DNA of 64,000 bases from an uncultured Acidobacteriota bacterium. Lineage in GTDB: Bacteria; Acidobacteriota; UBA6911. The first letter of the stretch is position 1, and every line of letters starts with the position of its first letter. A program made the position numbers and the translations under genes. The DNA lies in assembly GCA_963827655.1 (NCBI GenBank), contig CAWHCF010000023.1:352001-416000 (forward strand). The letters are read 5' to 3'. The notes below the pieces were generated by a model. That model worked only from the letters and a program-made list of their open reading frames with translations, ran no database searches and was not told where the DNA came from. Below, in pieces: positions 37,917 to 50,075 of the stretch.

Positions 37917-40727
37917 ATGATGCTAGAGAAGATCGTGGTGCGTGGCGCGCGCCAACATAACCTCAAAGAGATCAGCCTCGAGATCCCACGCCACAAACTG
38001 ACGGTAATCACCGGGCTCTCCGGTTCGGGAAAATCGAGTCTTGCCTTCGATACCATCTACGCGGAGGGACAGCGCCGCTACATCGAGTCGCTCTCCGCGT
38101 TCGCGCGCCAGTTTCTCGAACAGATGGAAAAACCCGACGTCGATAGCGTCGAGGGACTTTCGCCCGCAATCAGCATCGAGCAGAAGACAACCAGCCGAAG
38201 CCCCCGCTCAACCGTCGGGACCGTGACCGAGATCTACGATTATATGAGGCTTCTGTTCGCCTCCGTCGGCAAACCTCACTGCCATCTGTGCGGAAAACCG
38301 ATCACCCACCAGACGCTCGATCAGATCGTGGACTCCGTGTCCGCGTATCCGGAAGGCACGCGAGTAGTGATACTCGCGCCGGTGGTACGGGACCGGAAGG
38401 GAGAATTCAGGAAACTGTTTGAAAAGTACCTCAAGAAGGGATACCTGCGAGTTCGAGTGGACGGGCAGATCTACGATATGGAGGAGCACATCCGCCTGTC
38501 CAAAACCCGCACCCATACCGTGGAGGTAGTCGTCGATCGCGTGCTGATCAAACCGGGGATTCGGCGGCGCCTTGAGATATCGATCAGAGCCGCGATGGAC
38601 CTGGCCGAGGGCCTGGTTACCGTTTCCGCGCTGGAAAAAGAGGAACGGCTTTACTCGGAACGACAAGCGTGCATCGACTGCGGGGTCAACATTCCTGAGC
38701 TCGAGCCGCGCTCGTTCTCGTTTAACTCGAAGTATGGCGCGTGCCCAAGCTGTGACGGCGTCGGAACCCGCCTGGTGATCAATCCTGAAAAGATTATTCC
38801 GGACCCGACGCAGCCGATCTCGCAAATAACTTTTCCCGTAGAAAGCGGGCGGATTGAAAGCTACCTGCGTGAGTCGCTGCTCGCAGTGGCGCGGAACTTC
38901 AAATGCAATGACCAGACTTCGTTTGAACGCCTCCCGGCAAGAGCCAGGGAAGTCTACTTCTTCGGCAGCACCGAACCGATCAATTATTACTACGGCAATT
39001 TTCGCTATAGCGCGGAGTTCAAGGGAATCGGCCACTGGCTCGAGAACCTCTATCAGGATGAAGCGAATTCGCGCATCCAGCAGGAAGTCGAGAACCTGTT
39101 CTCGATCCAGAGCTGTCCCGCGTGCGGCGGGTCGCGCCTTCGTCCCGAAAGCCGAGCTGTGAAGCTGGATGCCAAGGCGATCTCTGATTTCGCTCGTTTA
39201 CCGTTGGAGGAATCTCTCCCGGCGTTCCAGAAGATACAATTGACCCCGCGCGAGGATAAGATAGCGGGACAGATCTTGAAGGAGATCTGCAATCGGCTGG
39301 GCTTTCTGGTTGACGTCGGAGTGGGATACCTCTCGTTGGACCGAGCGGTTTCTTCTCTATCAGGCGGTGAAGGACAGCGCGTACGCCTGGCAACTCAAAT
39401 CGGGTCGAAACTCAGAGGGGTGCTGTATGTGCTCGATGAGCCGTCCATCGGGCTCCACCCTCGGGACAACGGTCGTTTGCTGGATACGTTGACCGGGCTC
39501 CGCGAGATGGGCAACACCATTCTGGTTGTGGAACACGACGAGGAAACTATTCGTCGCGCAGACCACATTGTCGACCTGGGGCCTGGCGCAGGGCGCGCCG
39601 GAGGGCACGTGGTTGCCGCCGGTGATATCGGCTCCGTACAGGGAAATCCAGATTCCCTCACGGGGAAATATCTGAACGGCGAGCTGAAAATCGATTATCC
39701 GCGAACGCGTCGTGCCGGCAACGGCAAGAGTCTTGTAGTCAAGGGCGCCCGTCACAATAACCTCAAGCACCTGACCGCGGAATTCCCGCTCGGCCTGTTC
39801 ATCTGTGTGACCGGAGTCTCGGGCTCGGGCAAGTCATCTCTGGTCGAGGATATTCTGTACAAGGCGCTATCACGGAAGCTGAATCGAGCTCTGACCGATC
39901 CCGGCGCCCATGGTGAGATTCTCGGGGTCCACTACCTCGATAAGGTGATCGAAATCGATCAGTCGGCCATCGGGCGAACGCCTCGATCCAACCCCGCTAC
40001 CTATACCGGTCTTTTCACTCACATCCGGGAACTATTCGCCATGCTCCCCGAGTCCAGGATCCGAGGTTACAAACCCGGGCGGTTCAGCTTTAACGTCAAG
40101 GGAGGGCGCTGCGAAACCTGCCAGGGGGATGGACTTCGCCGGATTGAGATGAATTTCCTGCCCGATGTTTATGTCTCGTGCGAGACCTGCCAGGGGAAGC
40201 GTTACAATCGCGAGACGCTCGCGGTAACGTACAAGGGATACTCGATCGCCGATCTGCTGGAAATGAACATCAGTGACGCCTACCCCTTGCTGGAAAACAT
40301 CCCGGCGATCGCACAGAAACTTCAGACTCTGAATGCCGTAGGATTGGGCTACGTCCAGCTGGGTCAACCAGCCACGACGCTCTCGGGCGGCGAGGCGCAG
40401 CGGGTAAAGCTCGCCAAGGAACTGAGCCGACGAGCCACGGGCAAGACGCTCTACATTCTGGATGAGCCGACTACGGGGCTTCATTTTCATGACGTAAAAA
40501 AACTGCTCGACATACTGAGCAGTCTTGTCGGATTGGGAAACACCGTCGTGGTGATTGAGCATAACCTGGATGTCATCAAGATGGCGGACCATGTCATTGA
40601 CCTGGGGCCGGAGGGGGGAGAGCGGGGCGGGCAGATCGTCGCCGTTGGCAGCCCCGAGCAGATAGCCCGAGTCGACCATTCGGCAACCGGCCAGGCGCTG
40701 CGCCGGGTCCTGGGGGCGGCTTCATGA
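37917..40727 (+). CDS. uvrA: Excinuclease ABC subunit A
   Basis: Two ABC ATPase modules, [11 protein letters not shown], Zn fingers. Confidence 0.98.
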   Translation: MMLEKIVVRGARQHNLKEISLEIPRHKLTVITGLSGSGKSSLAFDTIYAEGQRRYIESLSAFARQFLEQMEKPDVDSVEGLSPAISIEQKTTSRSPRSTVGTVTEIYDYMRLLFASVGKPHCHLCGKPITHQTLDQIVDSVSAYPEGTRVVILAPVVRDRKGEFRKLFEKYLKKGYLRVRVDGQIYDMEEHIRLSKTRTHTVEVVVDRVLIKPGIRRRLEISIRAAMDLAEGLVTVSALEKEERLYSERQACIDCGVNIPELEPRSFSFNSKYGACPSCDGVGTRLVINPEKIIPDPTQPISQITFPVESGRIESYLRESLLAVARNFKCNDQTSFERLPARAREVYFFGSTEPINYYYGNFRYSAEFKGIGHWLENLYQDEANSRIQQEVENLFSIQSCPACGGSRLRPESRAVKLDAKAISDFARLPLEESLPAFQKIQLTPREDKIAGQILKEICNRLGFLVDVGVGYLSLDRAVSSLSGGEGQRVRLATQIGSKLRGVLYVLDEPSIGLHPRDNGRLLDTLTGLREMGNTILVVEHDEETIRRADHIVDLGPGAGRAGGHVVAAGDIGSVQGNPDSLTGKYLNGELKIDYPRTRRAGNGKSLVVKGARHNNLKHLTAEFPLGLFICVTGVSGSGKSSLVEDILYKALSRKLNRALTDPGAHGEILGVHYLDKVIEIDQSAIGRTPRSNPATYTGLFTHIRELFAMLPESRIRGYKPGRFSFNVKGGRCETCQGDGLRRIEMNFLPDVYVSCETCQGKRYNRETLAVTYKGYSIADLLEMNISDAYPLLENIPAIAQKLQTLNAVGLGYVQLGQPATTLSGGEAQRVKLAKELSRRATGKTLYILDEPTTGLHFHDVKKLLDILSSLVGLGNTVVVIEHNLDVIKMADHVIDLGPEGGERGGQIVAVGSPEQIARVDHSATGQALRRVLGAAS

Positions 40728-41296
40728 TTGAGTCGATCCGGCGGGCCGTCTCGGAGAGTCTACAGCTCAAGCAGACGTTCTTTGCCGCCAACGAGGAGCG
40801 CATCTCCGCGCTGGCGCGCGAAGTTTGCCAGGCGTTAGAGCGAGGAAACAAAATCTTGCTCTTCGGCAACGGCGGGAGCGCCGCCGACGCGCAGCATATC
40901 GCCGCCGAATGGATCGGCCGCTTTCGGCGCGAGCGGCGGCCGCTCGCTGCCATCGCGCTCACCACCGATACCTCGATTCTAACCAGCATTGGCAACGACT
41001 ATGGATACGAACAGGTATTCGTACGGCAGGTTCGGGCCCTGGGCAGCAAGGGGGATGTTTCGATTGGCTTGTCAACCAGCGGGAACTCTCCCAATGTGCT
41101 TCTGGCGACTGCCGCGGCGCGCGAACTTGGCATGGTGACTGCGGGGCTCACCGGCAGCGACGGCGGCAAGTTAGGCTCTCTGGTTTCGTACCACCTCAAC
41201 GTCGCTCATAAATCTACCGCCCGCGTTCAGGAAATCCACATCATGATTGGTCACATCCTTTGTGAACTCGTGGATGAAACCTTGACCGGATTGTGA
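40724..41296 (+). CDS. gmhA: Phosphoheptose isomerase
   Basis: [25 protein letters not shown]. Confidence 0.93.
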   Translation: MIESIRRAVSESLQLKQTFFAANEERISALAREVCQALERGNKILLFGNGGSAADAQHIAAEWIGRFRRERRPLAAIALTTDTSILTSIGNDYGYEQVFVRQVRALGSKGDVSIGLSTSGNSPNVLLATAAARELGMVTAGLTGSDGGKLGSLVSYHLNVAHKSTARVQEIHIMIGHILCELVDETLTGL

Positions 41297-42267
41297 TCAC
41301 GCGAATGTCCAAGTACCCCCTCGAGCCATACAGCTTGAATCGCATCCGCACCTATTCGCTCAAGGACCGCCCGAGCAAGGTGGAGGTCCGCACCTTCGGA
41401 CGCCCGCACACTCAGGGTGGAACTCTGGCCGAATTCCTGGAGACCTTGCCTCAGATCCTTGCTGCCCAGAGCCTGCAGGACCTGGCCCGAGCCATCCTGC
41501 AAGCTGACAACCTCGGCAAGGCCATCCTTTGGGGGCTGGGGGGACACATCATCAAGACCGGCCTGTCACCTGTCATCATCGATCTCATGGACCGTGGTCT
41601 GGTAACGGCCGTGGCGCTGAATGGGTCCGGCATTGTCCACGATTTCGAAATCGCTCTTTCGGGCGCCACGAGCGAGGATGTGGAGACGCAGCTGGAACAA
41701 GGCGCGTTCGGCATGGCCGAAGAAACCGGACGTGGAATCAACCAGGCGATCAACGACGGCGTGCCGGACGGGCTGGGAATCGGCGAATCCCTGGGTCGAC
41801 ACCTGGAACGGTTACGCCCCTCCTTTGGCAACTATAGCCTTCTGCTTCAGGCTTACCTGAGAAATATTCCCGTGACGGTCCATATCACGCTGGGGACGGA
41901 TATTATTCACAATCATCCCAGCATTTCTCCTTCGGCTACCGGGGAAGGAACCCACCGGGACTTTCGCTTGTTCGCCTCGCTGGTTTCGCGCCTGAACGGG
42001 GGAGGGGTTTATCTGAACTGTGGATCAGCCGTGACTTTGCCTGAGGTATTCTTGAAATGCGTCACGCTGGTCCGCAACAGCGGCGAGCCTTTGCAGGATT
42101 TTACCACCGCAAACCTTGATTTTATCCAGCACTACCGTCCCACTGAGAATGTCCTCAAGCGACCCGTGAAAAAAGGGGGACGTGGATTCTCCCTCACAGG
42201 TCACCACGAGATAATGGTCCCTCTCCTGGCGGCATGGCTGATCGAGCTGTCGGGGAAAAAAGAGTAA
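41293..42267 (+). CDS. Conserved hypothetical protein, possibly deoxyhypusine-synthase-like fold
   Basis: GGHIIKTG, HDFEIA, FGMAEET, GTDIIH, GSAVTLPEVFLK, GHHEI. Confidence 0.65.
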   Translation: MITRMSKYPLEPYSLNRIRTYSLKDRPSKVEVRTFGRPHTQGGTLAEFLETLPQILAAQSLQDLARAILQADNLGKAILWGLGGHIIKTGLSPVIIDLMDRGLVTAVALNGSGIVHDFEIALSGATSEDVETQLEQGAFGMAEETGRGINQAINDGVPDGLGIGESLGRHLERLRPSFGNYSLLLQAYLRNIPVTVHITLGTDIIHNHPSISPSATGEGTHRDFRLFASLVSRLNGGGVYLNCGSAVTLPEVFLKCVTLVRNSGEPLQDFTTANLDFIQHYRPTENVLKRPVKKGGRGFSLTGHHEIMVPLLAAWLIELSGKKE

Positions 42268-42671
42268 TGAGCGAAGAAATCCCCGAACCAGAACTCGATT
42301 CGGCTGTTGTGCGCGGGATCCAAAAGGGGGTCGCCGAATTCAACGCCGGTAAGTTCTTCGAATGCCACGACACTCTCGAAGAAATCTGGCAGGGGATTCG
42401 CGGGCCGGCGCGAGATTTTTTCCAGGGACTCATCCAGATCTCGGTGGGCTTCTATCATCTCCGGAACGGCAATTTTCGAGGCGGTGAGAGCCAGTTGGAA
42501 AAAGGGCTCAAGGCGCTGCGGCGCTACGGCGACCGTTACGCGGGTATGGAGCTGGGCAATCTGCGCGGGGAGCTGGAGCTCTGGCTCGAAAGAGTCCGCG
42601 CCGGCGAGGACCTGCGAGCGAATGTAGCCGATTTACCCAAATACCACTTCACGCCGCCAGCCCAGGGCTGA
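42267..42671 (+). CDS. DUF309 domain protein
   Basis: FN.G.FFECHDTLEEIW, QGLIQ. Confidence 0.9.
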   Translation: MSEEIPEPELDSAVVRGIQKGVAEFNAGKFFECHDTLEEIWQGIRGPARDFFQGLIQISVGFYHLRNGNFRGGESQLEKGLKALRRYGDRYAGMELGNLRGELELWLERVRAGEDLRANVADLPKYHFTPPAQG

Positions 42672-42720
42672 TCCCCTGCGTCTTCATTCTTCGCGTCTTT
42701 GGGTCCTGGCGGTATTTTGT

Positions 42721-43563
42721 TTAAGGTCGGGTCAGGAGCGAGGCGCTTCGCATGAACGACTGGAATTTCTGGTCTTCGCGGATCGGGTCGAAATCGGGCT
42801 CCTTCTTGATCGCATCAATATCGGTGAAACCCGCATTCAGCGCCAGCTGCAAATTGTCGACGGCTCGCTCGGCATCACCCATCGACGCAAACAGACGAGC
42901 CATGAAGTAGTTCTTGTCGGTGGACGATCTCTTCGATCCGGCTGCCACAAGGCTGATCCCTTCGCTCTTGCCCAGGATGCTCGAGTCTAAGGCGATCCCC
43001 TTGCGCCACTCTTCCATGCCCTTGTCCATCTTCTTCTTCTCAAAGTAAAGAGTGCCAAGGTTGACATGGAACGATGCTACGTTCGGATTCAGGCTGATCG
43101 CCTTCTTGAAGAACCTTTCCGCCTTGCCTTTTTCGCTGGTGGCAAAGTAGACGGAACCAAGATTGTTATAAGGATAGGCGTATTTGGGATTGAGCCCGAT
43201 CGCGCGCTCGAACGCGTTCGTCGCCTCCGGATAATACTGGAGCTGCGAGTACGTGATGCCCAGCTTGTTGTAGATATACTCGCTGTTGGGATTGCTGCGA
43301 GTAGCTTCGAGATACTTTATCAGGGCGGCGTAAAAATCTTTTCGGGCGAAGGCGATATCGGCTTCTCTGGCGGCTTCGTTGGCCAGAAGAATCTTCTCCG
43401 CCGGAACCGGGGTTCGGACTATGGGAGGGCGGCAGCCGACCGGCAGAATCGCAGCCAGCAGAAGCGGAAGCACGACCACTACGGGACGCGCCCTGTGGAC
43501 TCGCCGTCTTGCCAGGTGCCGACCGGGAGGCGTTGTCATTTCGTTGCCAATCTTCGAAGTCAA
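42721..43563 (-). CDS. TPR lipoprotein
   Basis: PVGC lipobox, YNKLG/YNNLG TPR repeats, C-terminal EPDFDPIR. Confidence 0.85.
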   Translation of the reverse strand: MTSKIGNEMTTPPGRHLARRRVHRARPVVVVLPLLLAAILPVGCRPPIVRTPVPAEKILLANEAAREADIAFARKDFYAALIKYLEATRSNPNSEYIYNKLGITYSQLQYYPEATNAFERAIGLNPKYAYPYNNLGSVYFATSEKGKAERFFKKAISLNPNVASFHVNLGTLYFEKKKMDKGMEEWRKGIALDSSILGKSEGISLVAAGSKRSSTDKNYFMARLFASMGDAERAVDNLQLALNAGFTDIDAIKKEPDFDPIREDQKFQSFMRSASLLTRP

Positions 43564-43665
43564 TCTGGAGTAATCTTAGCTCCGGCGCTCCTTTCAATCA
43601 AGACTTTAGGAGAGGCTGTGGGCTTAAAGCACAAACGCTTACCGCTCGATCGAGTCTTCGCGCTT

Positions 43666-45465
43666 TCAATCCACCTTCAAGACGGCCAGAAAAGCTTCCT
43701 GGGGAATTTCAACTTTACCGAGCCGTTTCATTCGCTTCTTTCCTTCTTTCTGCTTCTCGAGTAGTTTGCGTTTTCTCGTGATGTCCCCGCCGTAACATTT
43801 GGCCAGCACATTCTTCCGCATCGGGCGGACCGATTCGCGGGCAATAATCTTGCTGCCGATGGAAGCCTGGATGACGACTTCGAACATCTGCCGCGGGATC
43901 AGTTCCTTCATTTTTTCGACCAGGGCGCGTCCGCGGATCTGAGCCGTGTCATGGTGAACGATAAGGGAAAGAGCATCGATAGGTTCTCCGCTCACCAGAA
44001 TATCCAGCTTCACCAGGCGGGATTCGTTATAACCCGAGAAGTGATAATCGAGCGAGGCATAACCACGCGTAGCCGATTTCAGGCGATCATAAAAATCCAG
44101 GACGATCTCGTTCAACGGGAGTTCATAGGTGATCAAGACTCGATTGCTGGTCACATACTCGAAACCCTTCTGCACGCCGCGTTTTTCCTCAACCAGCTTA
44201 AGGATAGGTCCCACAAACTCGTCATTGCTGAGGATCATGGCGGTGATCATGGGTTCTTCGAATTTTTCAATATCCCCGGCTGGGGGAAGCTTGGAAGGGT
44301 TGTGGATCTCTATCAGATCGCCCTTGCTGGTGGTCACCCGGTATCGAACTCCAGGCGCGGTTGTTATCAGCGAGAGGTTGAATTCGCGCTCCAGGCGTTC
44401 CTGCACGATCTCCATGTGGAGCAGGCCGAGAAAGCCGCAGCGAAAGCCGAAACCGAGCGCTCCCGAAGTATCGGGCTCATAGAAGAAGGATGAGTCATTG
44501 AGCTGAAGCTTTTCCAGCGCGTCCCGCAGATCCTCATACTGGGCCGTATCGGTAGGATAGAGCCCGGCGAACACCATCGGCTTGATCTCCTGGAATCCGG
44601 GAAAAGGTTCCAGGGTGGGCCTCGCATCCTCCGTAATTGTATCGCCGATCTTGCTGTCGGCCACCCGCTTGATCCCGGCCACCATAAACCCTACTTCCCC
44701 GACGGAGAGTTCATCTACTTCCAGAAACTTGGGCGTGATCACACCCACCTGTTCGACGGTGAAGGCTTGCTCTGTCGCCACCAGACGAATCTTCATTCCC
44801 TTGCGCAGCGTGCCATCGATGACGCGCGTGAGCACGATGACACCGCGATAGAGATCGAACCAGGAATCAAAGATCAGGGCCTTCAGGGGCTTGTCGTACT
44901 CGCCGCGCGGCTGAGGAAGCCGATGGACGATCGCCTCGAGGATTTCGTCCGTTCCGATCCCCTCTTTGGCGCTGGCCAGGATTGCATCCTTCGCATCCAA
45001 TCCGATGATCTCCTCGATCTGGTTCTTTATTCTTGAAGCATCCGCGCCCGGAAGATCGATCTTGTTGATAACCGGGATGATCTCGAGATGATGGTCCAGG
45101 GCAAGATAGGTATTCGCCAGCGTCTGCGCCTCGACGCCCTGGGATGCGTCAATGACAAGCAGAGCGCCCTCGCAGGCTGAGAGGCTGCGGGAAACCTCGT
45201 ATGAGAAGTCGACGTGCCCGGGGGTATCGATCAGGTTTAGAACGTAGTCTTTTCCGTCCTCCGCCCTGTAATTCAGGCGCACCGAGTGGGCCTTGATGGT
45301 AATCCCTCGCTCGCGTTCGAGGTCCATCGCGTCCAGCACCTGGGCGGACATCTCCCGCTGGGTAAGGGCCCCGGTGCGCTCCAGAAGGCGGTCGGCCAGC
45401 GTCGACTTCCCGTGGTCAATATGAGCGATAATGGAAAAATTGCGGATGAATGCTTTGTCGCGCAA
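43666..45465 (-). CDS. lepA: Elongation factor 4
   Basis: [27 protein letters not shown]. Confidence 0.98.
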   Translation of the reverse strand: MRDKAFIRNFSIIAHIDHGKSTLADRLLERTGALTQREMSAQVLDAMDLERERGITIKAHSVRLNYRAEDGKDYVLNLIDTPGHVDFSYEVSRSLSACEGALLVIDASQGVEAQTLANTYLALDHHLEIIPVINKIDLPGADASRIKNQIEEIIGLDAKDAILASAKEGIGTDEILEAIVHRLPQPRGEYDKPLKALIFDSWFDLYRGVIVLTRVIDGTLRKGMKIRLVATEQAFTVEQVGVITPKFLEVDELSVGEVGFMVAGIKRVADSKIGDTITEDARPTLEPFPGFQEIKPMVFAGLYPTDTAQYEDLRDALEKLQLNDSSFFYEPDTSGALGFGFRCGFLGLLHMEIVQERLEREFNLSLITTAPGVRYRVTTSKGDLIEIHNPSKLPPAGDIEKFEEPMITAMILSNDEFVGPILKLVEEKRGVQKGFEYVTSNRVLITYELPLNEIVLDFYDRLKSATRGYASLDYHFSGYNESRLVKLDILVSGEPIDALSLIVHHDTAQIRGRALVEKMKELIPRQMFEVVIQASIGSKIIARESVRPMRKNVLAKCYGGDITRKRKLLEKQKEGKKRMKRLGKVEIPQEAFLAVLKVD

Positions 45466-45624
45466 GCCTTTTACGATCCTTGTGGTGGTCCAGAATCAAG
45501 ATGATACACGCCCCCTCAGGCCTAAACAACCCTGCCGGGTCTTCTATGCTGACGAAGACCGCAAGACACCCGGAAACGCCGCGAGCGCTTGACGCCTTAG
45601 GTTCGCTGGTTCAATATTTTGCGT

Positions 45625-46026
45625 ATGGATCTGGCGACGAAAACGAGACGCCGTCAGGCGCGTGCATTCTTGAAGGAAGCGGTCTTGCTTCTTCCCAGGC
45701 TGGTTCGGCTCCTCTCCCGCCTCCTGCGCGATCCGCGGGTGAGCAGCGCCGATAAAATCCTGGTCGGAGCTGTGGCGGTCTACGTCGCCAGTCCGATCGA
45801 TCTCATACCGGATTTTATCCCGTTTCTGGGGCAGGTTGACGATCTATTCGCCGTCTCTCTGGTACTAATGCGTCTGATCGGCGACGCAGGCGAAGACGTC
45901 GTCAGGGAGCACTGGACGGGGTCTGAAGATCTGGTTCCATGGATCCATAAGGTAGCCAGCCTTAGCCGGGTCATCCTCCCGGACCGGGTGATCCGTCCCA
46001 TCTACGACAAATTCGGCAAACAGTAA
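45625..46026 (+). CDS. YkvA/DUF1232 family protein
   Basis: YVASPIDLIPDFIPFLGQVDD. Confidence 0.92.
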   Translation: MDLATKTRRRQARAFLKEAVLLLPRLVRLLSRLLRDPRVSSADKILVGAVAVYVASPIDLIPDFIPFLGQVDDLFAVSLVLMRLIGDAGEDVVREHWTGSEDLVPWIHKVASLSRVILPDRVIRPIYDKFGKQ

Positions 46027-46058
46027 GGCCGCGCACCCACTGCCTACTGCTTACTGCA

Positions 46059-46718
46059 TTACCGCCACCTCTTGCGTCCGGCCTTTTCACAGAAGTGTTC
46101 CACCGGGCACTTACTGCACCATGGGGATACCGGGACGCAAAGATTCTGGCCGAAGGTGACCAGGATGTCGTTGTACGTTTTCCAGTAACGTCTGGGCAGT
46201 TTCGCGCGCAACGCGAACTCGGTTTTCTCAGGAGTCGCCGTCTGAACATAGCCCCAGAGATTGGTTATTCGATGGACGTGCGTGTCGACGCAAATCCCGT
46301 AATCGCCGTGCCCAACCGTCATCACCAGATTTGCCGTTTTGCGCCCGACTCCGGGAAGATTCAGGAGCGAGTCAAGGTCTCGCGGTACTTTCCCTTCGTG
46401 TTTCGTGAGGAGCATCCGGCAGGTCTTTCTCAGATTCCTGGCTTTCGTGTGATAGAAGCCAACCGGGTAGATCAGTTCTTCGACCTGTTTCAGAGGAAGC
46501 GAGGCGATGGCAGCCGGGGTGGGCGCCCGCGAAAGAAGGCGGCGGGACGCCTGTTCGGTAACCGCATCCTTGGTTCTTAGCGAGAGAATCGTGCTGACCA
46601 GTGTTTCGAAAGGGCGATCAACGGCCTGCTCCGCGATCACTCCCACGGCGGGAACTTTCCATTTCGGAATTTCCCGACGCAGGATGCGGAGAAGCTTCTG
46701 GAGGGTAACCGTATCCAT
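46059..46718 (-). CDS. nth: Endonuclease III
   Basis: LPGVGRKTAN HhH, VDTHV, C-x6-C-x2-C-x5-C. Confidence 0.92.
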   Translation of the reverse strand: MDTVTLQKLLRILRREIPKWKVPAVGVIAEQAVDRPFETLVSTILSLRTKDAVTEQASRRLLSRAPTPAAIASLPLKQVEELIYPVGFYHTKARNLRKTCRMLLTKHEGKVPRDLDSLLNLPGVGRKTANLVMTVGHGDYGICVDTHVHRITNLWGYVQTATPEKTEFALRAKLPRRYWKTYNDILVTFGQNLCVPVSPWCSKCPVEHFCEKAGRKRWR

Positions 46719-46759
46719 CGTCAGGTATCGCAAACCCGCCGCGAAGATGGGAACCCGAA

Positions 46760-47818
46760 TCAGCGGGATTGGGGATTCTTGAAAAGATAGGCGCTATCGA
46801 GCAGCTTGCTTCCCTCGCCGGCATTGACACAAAACCGCGCGGGATAGAGCGCAGCGGCGCCGTATTCGCCTTTCTTGTTCAGGGCGTAGAAGCTGAGGTT
46901 AAAACTCGGTCGTCCGTCTTCCCTCAACAAGCGCTTCTCTTTGGTCGTCTTCACGACGCGTTCCAAAGTTTCGAGACAGGCCTGCTCCGGGCTTTTCCCC
47001 TGGCTCATCAACCCGACCACCGTGTGGGCGCCGCAGACCTTTATGTTGGCTTCGCCCCGGCCGGTCGAACCGGCGGCGCCGGTATCGTTGTCCACGTAGA
47101 GACCCGCGCCGATTATGGGAGAGTCACCGACTCGACCCGCGATCTTCCACGACAGCCCGCTCGTGCTGGTGGTTCCCGCCATATCTCCGTTTGTGTCGAC
47201 AGCCAGGCAGTTGATGGTCCCATAATGCCGTATGAATTGACCGAATGCGCTGGCGGAAGATTCCTCGCTAAGCCAGTTGTCCCGATCGGAGAGCTTGGAC
47301 TTCCAGTCCAGCCATTTCTTGCGCGAGTCGTCGGTGAGCAGGTCCTCTTTCTTGAACCCCATTTTGAGGGCAAAGTTCAACGCCCCCTCGCCCACCAGGA
47401 AAATGTGATCGGTGCGGTCCATGACCAGACGCGCCACCTTGGTCGGATTCTTGATGAACTTGAGCCCCCCGACAGCGCCGCAGCGCCAGGTCGAGCCGTC
47501 CATCACACTCGCGTCCAGCTCCACCTCGCCGTCCTCATTGGGCAAGCCTCCATAACCGACGGAGCTGTCTTTCGGGTCATCCTCGACGATATTGACTCCG
47601 GCGATCACCGCATCGATGGGCTTGCCTCCGCTCTTGATTATCTCCATGGCTTTGGCCGTCGCCTGCAATCCATTGGCGCTGGATATCACGACGGGGCGCT
47701 GAGCCGGTACAGCAAACCCGGCCGCGTTCTTGACGGCTTCGGAGGCAATGGCCCCGCCGGTGAGGCCGGCCAGAGATGTGAGCTTAATGAAATCACGGCG
47801 TTGAACCCTGGTGCTCAT
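46760..47818 (-). CDS. Tat-exported N(4)-(beta-N-acetylglucosaminyl)-L-asparaginase family
   Basis: RRDF, VGYGGLP, GTI cleavage site, GRVGDSPIIGAG. Confidence 0.9.
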   Translation of the reverse strand: MSTRVQRRDFIKLTSLAGLTGGAIASEAVKNAAGFAVPAQRPVVISSANGLQATAKAMEIIKSGGKPIDAVIAGVNIVEDDPKDSSVGYGGLPNEDGEVELDASVMDGSTWRCGAVGGLKFIKNPTKVARLVMDRTDHIFLVGEGALNFALKMGFKKEDLLTDDSRKKWLDWKSKLSDRDNWLSEESSASAFGQFIRHYGTINCLAVDTNGDMAGTTSTSGLSWKIAGRVGDSPIIGAGLYVDNDTGAAGSTGRGEANIKVCGAHTVVGLMSQGKSPEQACLETLERVVKTTKEKRLLREDGRPSFNLSFYALNKKGEYGAAALYPARFCVNAGEGSKLLDSAYLFKNPQSR

Positions 47819-47934
47819 GAACGACCTCCGGTCGATTGTCTGACTAATATTGGGACTTGCTCGGGAACGGGGAGCCCATCATAGCTTCGGCATTGGCTCA
47901 TGACAATTGACAAATGCCGAGGTTGTGGCTTTTC

Positions 47935-49047
47935 TCAATTCGTTATTCTGACTTTGCGCAGTTCGATGCGCTGCTTGGGAGTTTCCCCTTCAACTTCGAC
48001 ATTCTGAAACTTGTCCAGGATGTCCAACCCTCCGGCCACTTTTCCGAACGCAGTGTATTCGCGGTCCAGGCTTGTGGCGTCGCCCAGGCAAATGAAGAAC
48101 GAAGTCTCGGCGCTGTCGGGCTCATCGGAACGCGCCATGCTCAAGATACCCTTCAGATGCCGCGTCTCATTGAACTCAGGCTTGAGTCTTCGCACCAGGT
48201 CCTGCTGACGAAAGTCCGGCAACAGAGGCTGGCGCGTGGAGAGGAGTCCCCCCTGAGCGACAAAATCGCTCACCACGCGATGGAAGGATGTACCGTCGTA
48301 AAACCCCGCCTGCGCCAGTCGAAGAAAATTGCGGACGTGATTCGCAGCCAGGTTGGGAAAGAATTCGAGCGTGATTTCTCCCAGCGAGGTCTCCAGCACG
48401 GCCCGGTATTTCGCCAGTTCTTCCGTAGAGCTCTGAGAGAAGGCCGGAGGTGGAACCGGCCGGGCAGGACGAAGAGTCACCTTATGGATACCCGGCGGTT
48501 TCACCGGGACCGCGCTCGCGTCGGCCGGGGTTTCCGAGATCTTATCCACGACCTCGATCCCTTCAGCCACAAAACCGAACACCGTGTACTGGCCGTCAAG
48601 GGTCGGCTGAGGAATCACGGAGATGAAGAACTGGTTGCCGCCACTGTCCGGCTTTCCCGGAAGAAGGACACTCGACAGAGTTCCGCGCACGTGCTTGAGG
48701 TCGGAGATCTCGCCCTTGATTTTGTTCAGCCCGCCGGTTCCCCAAAGACTCTTCTTAGCCGGGTCCCTGGTTAAAGGATCGCCCCCCTGCACCAGTCCCC
48801 ATTTGATCACTCGATGAAACAGCGTATTGTCGTAAGCCCCTTCGGCGGCAAGGCTGAGGAACAACCGGACATGGAGCGGAGCCTTGTCGGGATAAAATGA
48901 CAGGACGAAGGTTCCCTCGGTCGTCTCGACCACAGCTTGCTGGTTAACGTCTATATCTGGAGAGCGCGTTTGAGCCGCCAGAGAAAACCAGAAGAGAACT
49001 AGCGTCAGGAAAGCACCGGATGGAACAGGACGGAAGGCCGCGGTCAT
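47935..49047 (-). CDS. Secreted peptidyl-prolyl isomerase with two cyclophilin domains
   Basis: Two FHRV..QGG..FFI..LD..YT.FG sets. Confidence 0.9.
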   Translation of the reverse strand: MTAAFRPVPSGAFLTLVLFWFSLAAQTRSPDIDVNQQAVVETTEGTFVLSFYPDKAPLHVRLFLSLAAEGAYDNTLFHRVIKWGLVQGGDPLTRDPAKKSLWGTGGLNKIKGEISDLKHVRGTLSSVLLPGKPDSGGNQFFISVIPQPTLDGQYTVFGFVAEGIEVVDKISETPADASAVPVKPPGIHKVTLRPARPVPPPAFSQSSTEELAKYRAVLETSLGEITLEFFPNLAANHVRNFLRLAQAGFYDGTSFHRVVSDFVAQGGLLSTRQPLLPDFRQQDLVRRLKPEFNETRHLKGILSMARSDEPDSAETSFFICLGDATSLDREYTAFGKVAGGLDILDKFQNVEVEGETPKQRIELRKVRITN

Positions 49048-49167
49048 GGGATAAGGTAGCGTATTCAAATCCCCGTGGATAGTAACAAAAACCCGCCTCC
49101 AAGACACGAAGACTCAAGTTCGTTCGGGACTAGCCACGAAAGGCCCGGAAGAAACGCTTCAGCGCAT

Positions 49168-49899
49168 TCAGCGCATCATCGTCGCTCCTCTTCCAAGGAG
49201 CTCGAGCAGCAAATCGGCCACCTGATTGGGCGCCGTGACGTTGGCGGCATGGCCCGTCGAGAGTACCTGATACCGCCATCCCTCGGCACGCGCTCTTGAT
49301 GCAAACTGGTCGAAGGTTCCCCTTGCGGGATTATTGCAATAGACGAAGGTTCGCGGCAATTCCGCGGCCTCAGCGTTCGAGACGCGCACCGGCTGGAACA
49401 TCGTCTTGATGGGCTGGGGCTTAAGTCTTGGTTCTATCCACCGCTGGTCGGCCTCATCGGTAACGCCGGACCATTCCGGAGGCGGAGGCGGTATCCTCCA
49501 ACCATCACCGCTCAACCGCACGCCTTCCTCGAAGGACGCTGCCAGCTCGGGGCTGACAAGATCTGCCACCGATTGGCCGTCTTGCGGAACAAAGGCATCG
49601 AGATAGACCAGGTGGCTAAGCCGTTCCGCGGTTCGTTCGGCCACTCCCGTGATCACCATGCCGCCGTAACTGTGACCAACCAGCACCACGCGTTCGAGGT
49701 CTTCGCATTCCAGCACGGCCACTACATCCTGAATGTGGGTGCTCAGGTCAATCTCCGGATTCGCCAGATGGGCTCGTTCGCCCAGCCCCGTGAGCGTTGG
49801 AGTGAAGACGTCGTGCCGCGCCTTTCGCAGAATTGGCGCGACCCGGCCCCAGATCCAACCCCCGGCCCAGGCGCCGTGCACAAGAAGATAGGTTGTCAT
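49168..49899 (-). CDS. Alpha/beta hydrolase (methylesterase-like)
   Basis: LVHGAW, GHSYGG, YLDA, TGH. Confidence 0.92.
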   Translation of the reverse strand: MTTYLLVHGAWAGGWIWGRVAPILRKARHDVFTPTLTGLGERAHLANPEIDLSTHIQDVVAVLECEDLERVVLVGHSYGGMVITGVAERTAERLSHLVYLDAFVPQDGQSVADLVSPELAASFEEGVRLSGDGWRIPPPPPEWSGVTDEADQRWIEPRLKPQPIKTMFQPVRVSNAEAAELPRTFVYCNNPARGTFDQFASRARAEGWRYQVLSTGHAANVTAPNQVADLLLELLGRGATMMR

Positions 49900-50075
49900 A
49901 TTGTTCCCGGTCACGCCATGCTATCGTTTCGGGATGCGCAGCCACTCGGCCTGCTCACAATATTATCCCCAATGTACATGGCCAGTGTACGTCGACAGCC
50001 CTGTGGAGGTCAAACGGGGAGCTTCGCGTCTCTTTGCGCCTTGGGGTCTTCGTGGTAAATTTCTGAGTCTCGACC

